64,000 bases of DNA from Amoeboaphelidium protococcarum X5 (Eukaryota; Fungi; Aphelidiomycota): assembly GCA_023515725.1 (NCBI GenBank), contig JALDTO010000150.1, positions 1,797-65,796 of the forward strand. The letters run 5' to 3'. Positions 27,022 to 40,040 of this stretch are shown one piece after another. The notes beneath the pieces are model-generated. The model was not told the origin of the DNA and made no database searches. It worked only from the letters and a program-made list of their open reading frames with translations. The first letter of the stretch is position 1, and each line of letters begins with the position of its first letter. The translations under genes and the position numbers were made by a program.

Positions 27022-30000
27022 ATGTTCGTGCGTCCAAGCTTGAAAATTTCATTAAGGAGGTTTTGTGGATACTTATATGAGCAACAATTTTTATTGCTTT
27101 ACACGATATTTCAGTTAATCAATGTAGCAAATAGTGCTTGCAACAAACGTGTGTTGGTTACTTTTGTTTCCATATTTGCTGTAAAAGGATTACTGTATTA
27201 ACATACCATATTGATTCTTCGGGGTAGTCAACATAATTATTCATCATACTTCTTATCTCCTACCGCATTAGTAATCATCGTATCTGTTTAATAGTCGTCA
27301 CACCGAGTTTACTAGTATTCATTTGTGATGTCGTCAACTATCAGCTCTTCAAACAACTAGTATTTGGTTAACAGTGGGGCCACCTACTGCTACTCTGTGG
27401 TGGCGCGTGTAAATGATAACACTGCTTATGCTGTGTGTTAGGCTAAAACAACACTTAATAGTATGATTTAGGTGCTGTCCAACGATGGCTCTATTGTGAG
27501 GTAGTTTACGTGGAAAGCAATCAGCTGGCTTCTGGCGTTTGCATGCCTTATAGTATTGCGTTGAATCAGTAAACTGGTGATATATACGTCACTGGTCAGG
27601 TGAAGAATAGTGTTGATGGTTATGTTTATGCATCGCGTTTACGTAACGATGGCTCTGTTGTCTGGACCTAAACATATGGTGCATCTGGATTGTAGAACAT
27701 TGGCTGGAATGTGCAGCTGTTTGCATCGAAAAATCTAATAACGGTGACTGGATAGTCTATGGGTGATCCTATGAGTTATTTTGGTGGCATGGATGGTCAA
27801 GTGATGTCTATTGATGCTTCGACAGGCGCTCTATTACATCGTATAGTCATTAGTCTTGGCAATGATGATTAGATACGATCATCAGTTAATCAGGATGATA
27901 TTAATCTTGTCGTTGCTGGTAATGTATGGCAGTCTTCTCAACGCAAGGGATATTTGGCGAGTTATGCTGTATCATCGTCTGGTAACTTGACTTTGAGATG
28001 AGAATAGACTCTCTTTACCAACATTTTAACCGAGTTTAGAACTGTAAAATATTACCGCGGTTCCTTATATGCCGGCGGAACTTGGAATGGTCATTTCTTT
28101 TCTGGTGGTACCTTCGCTTCGTCTATGAATTCAAATGGTTCTCTTGTGGTGAGATATGCGTTGAATGGCACAATGGATAATTCATTTTTTGCCTATGATT
28201 ATCAAGGTGACAGTAGAGTATACGATATCCATGTTGATCAGCCTTCCGATTTAGTTATGCAAGTCGGTACTTCTAGGCCTAATTAAGATAATAGTTGGTA
28301 TTCCATGGTGCGACAGAGCTACTTTTCTAAGTTAGGCTATTATTATGGTCTAAATGGGGTTTCAATTGGAGACAATTACGCGATGATATTCACATCGTTG
28401 GCAATGCTCGATGATCGTACAGTCATTGGTATAGGTGCAAGTAATCTGCTGCTCAATGGAAATGCTCACATTCTAGTTAATATGGATTTTACATTGATTA
28501 CTACCACTACTACGACGACCACCACTACTACTACTACTACTACCACTACTAGGACAACTACGACCACGACAAGTACTACTGCTACCACTACTAGGACAAC
28601 TACGACCACGACTAGTACTACTACTGCTTCCACAAGTACAGCTGCTATCACAAAGATGACCAGCACTACAATCGCACCATCACCGTCTACTACTGTTACA
28701 TCAGCAACGGTCACAAGCACTTCAGCTACTTCGATCACTCCAAATGCCACATCTATTGGTGCATCATTAATGGTATCTGTATCTACTGAATCATCTAATA
28801 CCTCGGCATTGATCACAATTTCATACTCAAGCACCATATCGAATGGATCATTCACATCTCTTTTTATGCCTTCTGCTAATAGTTCCTCTAGAGTGCCTTC
28901 ACTGGTTAGTTTGTCTAGTACAAGTACCATACTGTAGCCGATTGCTTTGTTAACGATTTCACAACTTGGTACTAGCCAATCATCTACTTATGGTAATGGA
29001 CATTAGTTTTCTTTGGGCTCTAGTCAGAATTAGGCCACTATATAAGGCGTTGCATAAACTACAACTGGTAACCCCGATTTGTAAGCTAATACAAATCAGT
29101 GTCTTAACATGGTTGGTGCGTACGCGTTAGTCGCCGTTTTGGCAGTTTTTGCTTTGATAGCTATTGGTATCACATACTTTGTGATGAAGAGGAGGATGCG
29201 CAAAATGAGTAGGAGGGGCAGAGGCTCTACTTTGAGGAATCATAGTGCTTTCTCCACCTTGACTAATAGCGTTACTCACACCGGAACCTACGCTGGTACA
29301 CATATGTAATAGACAACTCTCTAAGCATCTAATATTATTGCCATACCGGTGTTCATGCAAGCAAAGTATGGAGTAGATTTTACGACATCTCACCTGTTGA
29401 CTAAAGGTGGTGTGGGCTCTATTTACTTGGCTGAAGTTTTTAATTAATCACTTTAGTAGAGAATCCCAACTGGTGTAAAGCTATTATTCAAATAAATCGC
29501 TTAAAGTTTACGTGATATGTCTGATAATCAGCGTGCTATCTTCCATTAAGAATTGAGTATAATGTACCGATTCACAGATGATCCTAGACTTGCATATATT
29601 TACGCGTATAGTGAAGAGCCAGCCGGTCTCCTATTGCGATATTATGAATTGGGATCCATGAAGGATTACATTCACGGAGAGAGTTAGATGGCGTATTAGT
29701 TTATGTATACAACGTCGTAGGTACTGTATCTGATCAAAACTCTCTCCCAGGCGCTCTTTATAATGCACTCGAGCGGTTTTGTACATCTAGATATAAAGCC
29801 TGCTAATGTTTTGTTGGATTATGATGCACATAATGGGATGTTATTCTCGATCCTGACTGACTTTGGATTGTCCAAAATTGTGGATGAGTAGTCGCTTAAA
29901 GTCAAGGCGTTCTAAACTGGTAAGATTAAAGGTGCGTCTTTGAGTTATGCCGCACCTGAGATTTTGCTTTAATTTCGCAATGCTACTCCTTTAGGTTAAA

Positions 30001-30092
30001 TTGGCGCTGCATAGTATCCAGCTGATGTTTACTCTGTTGGAGTGGTATTGCTGGAGATGCTGAATCGACGTAAAGTTTGGGTTTGGGTTTGA
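27022..30092 (+). CDS. Receptor-like kinase: beta-propeller-like ectodomain, Thr/Ser stalk, TM, non-RD kinase; apparent frameshift at ~27505 and short C-terminus; start uncertain
   Basis: GDIYVTG and NDGSVVWTQTYG repeats; poly-Thr; TM AYALVAVLAVFALIAIGITYFVM-KRR; KGGVGSIY, HLDIKPANVLL, DFG, YAAPE. Confidence 0.75.
28500..28625 (+). repeat. (ACN)n coding repeat encoding a poly-Thr stalk
   Basis: actaccactactacgacg... with two copies of taccactactaggacaactacgaccacgac. Confidence 0.85.
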
Positions 30093-30721
30093 TGACTTGC
30101 TGTACTTCTAACGTTAACTATGATGCAATCTCATTCAACGGTTACATTACGATTTCAAGCGCTCTCGGCCACTTGTTGAAACGACGATTGCCTCTCCTGA
30201 GTGGGAAAATTCTAGGCTGTTCAATGATGAAGTTATGATCAAACAATAAATTTTTAGAGATGCAAAACACAATTATAATCTTAGTTCAGATATTACAGTA
30301 AGGTAGTACGATTAATAAAGGACATTAATACCAACGGGTGTTCACACTCAAAACTTTCATGGGATGCGGTACACGTTTAGCACGACCCGGGATAAGTTTC
30401 CTGCCCTCGAATACAGAGTCAATATTTCGAATCTTAGAGCGCACGGTCAAACTTCAAGGTTACTGTTTAAATGTTGCCCTTCCGACACGCCTTAACGGGT
30501 GACGAAAGTCGAAGCGTCTTGTCTAGCAAGGCATCGATTCCTGATCCTCACTGTATACGGTGAGTTTAACGGGATACTCCGGCCATTGTGCCGTTTAAAC
30601 ACGCCACTATAAGAGCTTTGGTATGACCTTGTAGTAGGTTCGCTCGTGGCCTTTTGGAAGTGATACTATTAGTTAATGAGTATATGATTAGTGCAGAGTC
30701 GGAATTTTAGCATTTTCCCGT

Positions 30722-30803
30722 GTCGACATATCAAAGTGGTTACTGAGATTGACTTGAAATCAATTGCCCTCCGGGCGCGCAGGTTCAAATCCTGCTGTCG
30801 ACG
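30722..30803 (+). tRNA. tRNA-Ser (TGA anticodon, reads UCA)
   Basis: GTCGACA/TGTCGAC acceptor, ATTGA-CT-TGA-AA-TCAAT, long variable arm, GGTTCAAATCC, G73. Confidence 0.95.
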
Positions 30804-31413
30804 ATCTTTATTACATTTTTGAATATAAGTAGTATCTTAACTCAGCTCGAATTTCTGTTCTACTAGAGCCATCTACTTCTTCATTAATTGAATAAAGTAT
30901 ACAGTGCAATCTCTCAAGAACTCTGCGATAATAACATTGAGAAAGGTAAAGTATAATCACTAAACTGTATTCAAACCATATAAATCACCAATCTCTGATT
31001 GCAACTTGATAAAAGATTAAATTCTATTCTATTCCGCTTGTTCATCGCGGGATACCACTATATTTATAGTCATTCCCTATTTCGTACCTTCAGGCAACAA
31101 TGTCACGGGATACTCAATCACAGTCAGACGATCTGGAGTCATTAGCAATGCAATCTACACGCACATGTCTCTTCAGATATAAACAACCAATTTATCTCTA
31201 TAAAATCAATCATACATTAGAATCAATTTTGCTGACGAGTAACGCTACCGGATCTTACGACATGATATCTCCAAAGAGTCAAAATTGTTGCAGAGTTGGG
31301 CCAGCGAAAAAAAAACGTTACAGAGCGGCTCTCTTTCAGTATCTCAAGACGACGCGCTATTAATTTCTTCAACTCTTTATCCAAAATTGCTAAGGTAATA
31401 AGAACATTTAAAT

Positions 31414-32061
31414 ATGCTTCGTGTTTGTAAAAGATTCAATTCTGGGCTGACTACTGCTCCAGCATAAAGTGCCAAGCTGCTGGGGAAGGCACCTCAATTC
31501 CAGACAGTGTCCGTTTGGAACAAAGAGTTCAAGCTAGTGAAATTGGACGATTTTAAAGGCAAGTGGGTGCTGCTGTTCACCTATCCTATGGATTTCACGT
31601 TCACCTGCCCAACCGAGATTTTATCTTTTAGTAAAAACTATGACGAGTTCTAGAAGAACAATTGTCAAGTTCTGGGTTCATCCGTGGACAGTCAGTTCAC
31701 TCATCTTGCTTGGATTAATACTCCGCAGGACAAAGGTGGACTTGGCCAGGATTTGAAAGTTCCCCTGCTCGCTGACGTCAATCGCGATATTGCGACAAAG
31801 TATGGCTGCCTTCTGGACAATGGTGTATGCTCGCGTGCCACGTACCTAATCGATCCTCAGCAACGTATTCGCCATATTAGCTAAAACGACCTGCCAGTGG
31901 GTAGAAATGTTAAAGAGTACTTGCGTCTTTTACAAGCGTTCCAGTTTGCTGATGAACACGGTGAAGTGTGTCCGAGCGACTGGCAAGTTGGCCATGACAC
32001 TATCAAGCCAGATCCTAAAGGTTCGCTGGAGTATTTCAAAAAGGCTGCCAATAAGCAATGA
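31414..32061 (+). CDS. Typical 2-Cys peroxiredoxin (AhpC/Prx1), probably mitochondrial
   Basis: [37 protein letters not shown]; N-terminus [10 protein letters not shown]. Confidence 0.93.
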
Positions 32062-32130
32062 TATATAACTTATCTTCAGGAATTACATATAATTTATTAA
32101 TCTTATTGGGCAAAGGTTTTCATATAACTT

Positions 32131-33702
<1,572 letters not shown>

Positions 33703-34025
33703 TTCCGCAGATTGAATTTTATTCTTAACAGACTATAAATGTCTTTGGTGTAATGAATTTACTACACACAATGGATGGAGATCGAATGAGCAATCCTGAG
33801 GAGAGTGGAAGCGAACGCTTAAAGCTTCCGTTAGAGAACGCGACGCGACGTGATTTGAGCGCGTTTGAATAGTTTCGCTCTCTTGTTCTTTCTCGTCCAG
33901 TCGAGCCGCTGACGTAACTTTGCTCTTCTTTTGTTTCTTTAAATACAGCACACCCACGCATAGAGTTAGAACAGATAAACTCTAGAAAGTATTTGAAGTT
34001 ATAGTGAAATTAATCTAGTTTAGAA

Positions 34026-35564
34026 ATGAAAGAGTATACTAGAGAGGAGGTGCAGAAGCATGATAATGATGACTCTTTCTGGATTGTGATCGATGGTATA
34101 GTGTATGATCTGACTGTGTTCAAGGATATGCATCCAGGTGGAACTGATATATTGACACCTTATGGAGGTAAAGATGCAACTGAAGTGTTTTATGCTCTAC
34201 ACCGTCACGACGTTTTGAACAAGTATGGTCCCAAGTATGCTATCGGCAGAATCTAGGGAGAGAAGTAGATGGTAAAGTCTGGAGGTACTGTGATCAGTAA
34301 AGTTCCGTACGCCGAAGCTGCATTCTGGTAGAGCGGAAGATCAGCTTATTATAAAGAGACTCATATTAAGTTCAAGTAGGCTTTACGCAAGTTCTTTACA
34401 GAGGAAATTCTACCTGAGGCCAAGGTGAAAGATGACCTGGATGAGGCTCCATCTAAAGAGTTGTTTGAAAAGTGCGGCCAATTTGGTCTGTGGGCAAGTA
34501 GACTTGGTCCTGGGCATTGGATGAAAGGTCGTCAGTTGCCTGGTGGTGTGAAGCCTGAAGAGTTTGATTATTTTCATGAACTGATTGCGCATGAAGAGAT
34601 CCAGACTCTGGGATATCCTGGATTCTCTGATGGATTAGCGTGTGGTCTGGTTATAGGCCTGCCGCCGTTGCTGCACTTTGGTAGTGCAGAGTTGTAGAAG
34701 CGTGTGGTGCCTGATATTCTGGATGGTAAAAAGAGGATTTGTTTGAGTATCACCGAGCCATTCTGTGGAAGTGATGTGTCTGCCATCTAGACCACGGCCA
34801 AGTTGAGTGATGATGGAAAGTATTACATTGTGAATGGTGTCAAGAAGTGGATCACCAATGGACATCATGCCTAGTACTTTACCACTGCTGTCAGGACTGG
34901 GGGTAAAGGGATGAATGGTATCTCAATGTTGTTGATTGAACGCTCCCCTGGCCTGAGAACTAAGCCTATCAAGACTGCTTACTCCTCCTCTGCTGGCACG
35001 TCTTTAGTTATAATGGAGAATGTAAAGGTGCCTGTTGAGAATTTGCTTGGTAAATTGAATGAAGGTTTCAAGACTATTATGTTCAATTTCAATCATGAGA
35101 GATGGTTGATTGTATGCCAGTCTGTACGTGCATCACGCCTGGTGGTTGAAGAGTGCTTCAAGTGGGCTATGCAGCGTCAAGTATTTGGTAAGCCATTGAT
35201 CTCTCAGCCCGTGATTAGAGAAAAGTTGGCGTAGATGATATCAAGAGTGGAGGCCACATAGTCCTGGCTAGAGTCGATCACGTATCAGATGTCAGTCATG
35301 TCTTACAAGGAGCAATCTTTGCACTTGGCCGGTCCTATTGCTCTACTCAAACTGTTCTCGACCAGATCGGGGGAATTTGTGTGTGATTAAGCGTGTCAGA
35401 TCTTTGGTGGTCGTGCCATAACCTCTACAGGTATGGGCTAGGTGGTGGAAAGATATCGTCGTGCCACCAAGTTTGCCGCCATTCTCGGTGGCTCTGAAGA
35501 GATTATGGCTGACTTGGCCATCCGTCAGGCTATCAAGATGTATCCAAAATCTGCGAGATTATGA
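34026..35564 (+). CDS. Cytochrome b5 - acyl-CoA dehydrogenase fusion, peroxisomal (PTS1 ARL)
   Basis: b5 motif HPGG; ITEPFCGSDV, NGVKKWITNG, FNHERW, QIFGGRA, ILGGSEEIM; ends SARL-stop. Confidence 0.93.
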
Positions 35565-35729
35565 TTCATTTGTTCTTTATAAATACCGCGTGATTTTAAT
35601 TTATATCTGCAGTTATTGCGACTCTTATGATTATTGATTTATTATTGGCCGTAAATTTACTACCATCATTCACTTTATTCTTTTAATCAGTGAAATTTAT
35701 AACGATCAATTAGTGAGAGAATTGTGGAG

Positions 35730-36572
35730 ATGTTTTAAATACCAGCGACTAAAATTGCAAGCGAATCTGAAGTACGGGCTCTAAAATAGTATTAGAACAA
35801 GTTTAAATGTGTTGTGATGGGTGGTACTGGTGCAGTGGGTCGTCATTTGGTTGCGCGACTACTTGCGACAGGTGCCTTCTAAAAGGTGGTAGTGTTGACC
35901 AGGAAGCCTGCTGATTCCGTTCAGTATGATGGCGATAACAAACAGGCGTTATAAGTGTGTCAGTATGATTTCGAGTCCCCCAGTGCAGATTAGATTAAAT
36001 ATTTGAAAGACAGCGATTGCCTCTTCATCACTCACGGCACTACGCGGGCTCAGGCAGGCTCGGCTCAAGCATTTGTAAAGATTGACATGGATTATGTGGT
36101 GAACACTGCCAAGCTGTGGAAAAAGTAGAATCCTGACAAGTAGCAGTAGTTGAAGTGCTTTTTGCTAACGTCTGCTGGTGCGAATCCTTAATCGGCATTC
36201 CTTTATCCGAAAACTAAAGGGGAGATTGAGTAGTAACTGGCCAAACTCAATTTTGCGAATTTGAGCATATTCCGACCTGGTTTCTTGGAAGGCCGCCCTG
36301 ATGATGGCAGAGTTTTGGAGAAGATTGGCGGCGCGTTGATTGTTCCGCTTCTGAAAGTATTCGCTCCCAAGAAGGGATGTGTATCTGTAGAGTAGGTGGC
36401 AGATGCTATGGTAAAAGCTTCGTTGGATCAGTAGCCTTAAGCACTGAAAGATGTCAAAATATACACGCAGTCAATGAATCAAAAGATTGTTCACAATGCA
36501 ACGTCCAATGGATCAATCGAAATCTACGACAATGAATCCATATATGTGCTATCCAACAGTCAGTTTGAATGA
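35730..36572 (+). CDS. HTATIP2/TIP30/Fmp52-like NAD(P)-binding protein
   Basis: GGTGAVG, HGTTRAQAGSAQAFVKIDMDYV, SAFLYPKTKGEIE, IFRPGFL. Confidence 0.85.
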
Positions 36573-36678
36573 ATATGCCTTTATTCGCGTGTGATATGAT
36601 TATTGTGAAATGAGAATGCTAAATCAGTAACGACTGAGTCCCATAATACTAACAATTAAGATATATTCTATTAATCAA

Positions 36679-36882
36679 TCAAACATTGAATCCGTGAGAT
36701 CGCATGCATTTCTTATGCTCTTCTATCAATTTCTTGCATTCCACATTATCATCACCTTTCAATAGGACACATTCATCCCGTGCCTTCTTTGTCTCTGGGC
36801 ACGCACAGCAAGGCTTCAGTTTCTTCTGCTCGTTCCCACTGGTAACTGCAGTAGATTCAGTTTTTTTACTTTCTTTCGTCAT
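36679..36882 (-). CDS. COX17: Cytochrome c oxidase copper chaperone
   Basis: [16 protein letters not shown]...[19 protein letters not shown]. Confidence 0.95.
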   Translation of the reverse strand: MTKESKKTESTAVTSGNEQKKLKPCCACPETKKARDECVLLKGDDNVECKKLIEEHKKCMRSHGFNV

Positions 36883-37060
36883 TACTAAGCTTTCTCTCTC
36901 TCTCTCGCGTGTTTGTTGATGAAAGACTAAAACGGTAAAAGAAGAGATTAGCGAAACGACAAGCGAGAAACGACTCGGATCAACTACAGTAAACACAAAA
37001 TGACAACAATCAAGAGAAAGTGTGTAGTGATGATTGAAATTCAATGTATATAAGATGTGC

Positions 37061-38501
37061 TCACTTCTTGCTTGCTGCAGCAATACGGCGATCTCTCTCC
37101 TCCAGGATGGTCAGCTTGACACCCTTCTGCTTTGGCAGAGACACCCAAGCCTTGTTACCCTTACCAATGACAAAGACGTTGCTCAGACGAGTGGCGAAGG
37201 TGTGATCCAACGCGTCCTTGATGTGGACAATATCGAAACCACCCAGATGTCTCTCACGGTGCACAATGACACCCATACGACCCATGTTACGACCGCCAGT
37301 GATGGCACACATGTTACCAGTGTCAAACTTGACAAAGTCGACAATCTTTCCAGTCTCCAGATCAACCTTCACAGTGTCATTAGCTTTGATCAATGGATCC
37401 GGGTAACGGATGGTGCGGCCATCATGAGTGACAACGTATGGAATACCTTTAGCTCCCAGCTGAACCTTTCTAACCTTGCACAGCTTGAACTTGGCCTCTT
37501 CATCAGTGATACGGTGGATAGTGAAGCGACCCTTGACATCATACACAAGACGGAAGTGCTCACCAGTCTTCTCAATGGAAATGACATCTACACACCCTGA
37601 TAAGAGATAAGAATATTATTAGCAATCTGCTGCAAAACAGTATCGAGATTGCAGATCGATAAATATATATGCTTATGCAGAGTCGTTCATTAAGATTCTA
37701 AAATACTTGGCCTCACCAATATAAATTTAGGCAAGAACGAGTACAGAATCAACATGTGGTATGAATACGGAATATAAACATACCTCCTAATAGCGGTACC
37801 AAACAGAAGTTGGTCATGGATTAATTGAATGAACGCGGGAGGACTACAATGACATTATGGCAAGTCAATGCGACGTCATCATCATCAATATAATGAGACG
37901 TTTTCTTGGTAACTCAATCTCTATAACGAGATGAACACCGCGACATTCAATTTAGGACTTGTTATGATGAGACTATCTAATCCCAACTGCATATCATTCC
38001 TGCTAGTCATATAAATACCTATATCTATATATGTATATAGTCAATCCAGAACGCGTGCATTTGCCACATGATTAATCAATTACGATAAATATCATGAGCC
38101 ATTCAATTAAAACAATGAGCCAAACTATCCATCATATAGTCACCAACGCATAGGAATATAAGCACGACATCAACAACAACATCAATCAATCAATCAATCT
38201 ACAATCATCGCTACTAATCAATAACAATTAAAATCCTACCCATATAACCAGCTGGGAAATTAGCATCAGTACGAACTTTCCCATCCACCTTAATCAGACG
38301 CTACTGCACAATAGAGACAACCTCGCGCTTGTTCAAAGCATACTTCAATCTGTTACGCAAGAAGATGATCAAAGGCAGACACTCACGCAATTTGTGAGGA
38401 CCAGACGATGGACGAGGTGCCCAGGTACCGGTCATTTTGTCCAGCATCCAGTGAGATGGAGCATTCAATCTTTTCAAGTGCTTTCTAGGTCCTCTTGGCA
38501 T
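37061..38501 (-). CDS. RPS4: 40S ribosomal protein S4 (eS4); one 652-nt intron 37588-38239
   Basis: [22 protein letters not shown]...FPAGYM|[22 protein letters not shown]...[12 protein letters not shown]...FATRLSNVF. Confidence 0.97.
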
Positions 38502-38514
38502 TTTTCAACAGCTA

Positions 38515-38541
38515 ATTATTATTATTATTATTATTATTATT
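38515..38541. repeat. (ATT)9 microsatellite just upstream of the RPS4 start codon
   Basis: attattattattattattattattatt. Confidence 0.85.
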
Positions 38542-38967
38542 AACGTGGTGATTATTACTAGGAATGTAACACGGAGATTGCTCTTTACTAGATCAAACGC
38601 CGAAAAAAGATTCGAATTTGGACGCGTTAAGGCTTCGGTTATTTCCAGATCGCGTTTCTCTTTGAACTGTCTTCTGTCGCTTTTTGTTATGCGTGAAGAT
38701 ACTCAGAGCGCGCTCGAAAAGAAACAAATCAGGGGCCAGAAAGCTTTACAACCTTATTCCCTTTAACTGATGAGATGATTCTGACGCGTCAATTGAGAGC
38801 AGTGCTCCCTTTGACAGTAAGAGAGAAAGAACGAAATGTGTTGAGTTTGAACTTGTGTTATTCACTTTCATTCGTCGCTAATCTCTGTTTTCTTTACTTA
38901 GTACCAAGTGCATTCTCAGTTCTTCTTTCGTTCTGTGAATTTATAAAAAATAATAACTTCTTGAAAT

Positions 38968-39795
38968 ATGACTGTAGCTGTGGATGGTTTTAAGAGCTCT
39001 GCTGTTATGTAGTAAATCGCTCAAGCTTTGCCTACTAACGATGCATGGAAGAAAGTTAATGCAGTGTTCCAGTTTGATGTCAAATCGGGTAGCAAGGTTT
39101 AGACTTGGACTTTGAACCTCAAGAATCCTCACGATGGACAAATGGTTATTACTGGTCCTCCTAAATCTGCTAAGGCTGATATTGTCATTGCAGTCTCAGA
39201 CGATGACTTTGTGGAATTGGCCTCCGGGAAGTTGAATGGACAAAAGGCATTCATGGCTGGTAAGATCAAGGTGAAGGGAAATATGATGCTAGCAACTAAA
39301 TTGGATCCTCTGTTCAAACAGGTGCAGAATGCCAAGGGAGCATAGCCTAAGAAGGCCGACTCCAAAAGCTCAACTGGGGCTTCTAATGGCGGTGCCAACG
39401 CGAAGAGTGTCAAGGTTGATGGATTCGAGTCGAGCGCTGTGTTTGAGCAGATTCGCGCCGGATTGGAAAGTTCGTCCGAGGCCGAGCGTCAGGCTAATTT
39501 GAAACGCATCAACGCGGTGTTTCAGTTTGTGGTTAAGAATGCCGGTGGTAAGGAGTAGAACTGGACTCTGGACTTTAAGAATCCTCCTGGATCTGTGTAT
39601 GTTGGGCCAGCAAAGGGTAAAGCTGACATCATTATCAGCATCGGTGATGATACCATGGTGGCTTTGTCCAATGGTAAACTGACCGGCTAGAAGGCTTTCA
39701 TGCAAGGCAAACTGAAGGTGAAAGGTAACATGATGCTTGCCACAAAGTTGGATGGCGTTCTCAAGGGTGCTTAAAAGACCAAGAGCAAGTTGTGA
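38968..39795 (+). CDS. Tandem SCP2 sterol-carrier domain protein, peroxisomal (PTS1 SKL)
   Basis: Two copies of VxVDGFxSSAV...NAVFQF...WTLxxKN...GKLxGQKAFMxGKxKVKGNMMLATKLD; ends KSKL-stop. Confidence 0.92.
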
Positions 39796-40040
39796 TAAAT
39801 CTTTATTATACCTAGTGCACGTAGCTAAATAGTATTTTGAATTATTTTCATTCGTATGATCTCCAAGAGTTTTAGATTTCTAAAGTTGTGTGACTGTTGT
39901 TGTCGGCAGGCGTGAGCTATTTTTATACAACACCATAGATCAAATCATCGCCAGTGAAGACTTCCCATTTAATTACAAGGATACTGCGCTTCTAATCTTT
40001 GGGAAAATATTTCTTCTTGTACATTTAGATAGATTAAGTA

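Noticed and set aside
28466-28930. Poly-Val minus-strand ORF
   Set aside because: It is the antisense shadow of the poly-Thr stalk.
30722-30803. Possible UGA-suppressor or selenocysteine tRNA
   Set aside because: Anticodon TGA reads UCA (Ser); a UGA reader needs anticodon TCA, and the body is an ordinary tRNA-Ser.
37588-38239. Box C/D snoRNA in the RPS4 intron
   Set aside because: ATGATGA is present, but there is no CTGA D-box on the sense strand.
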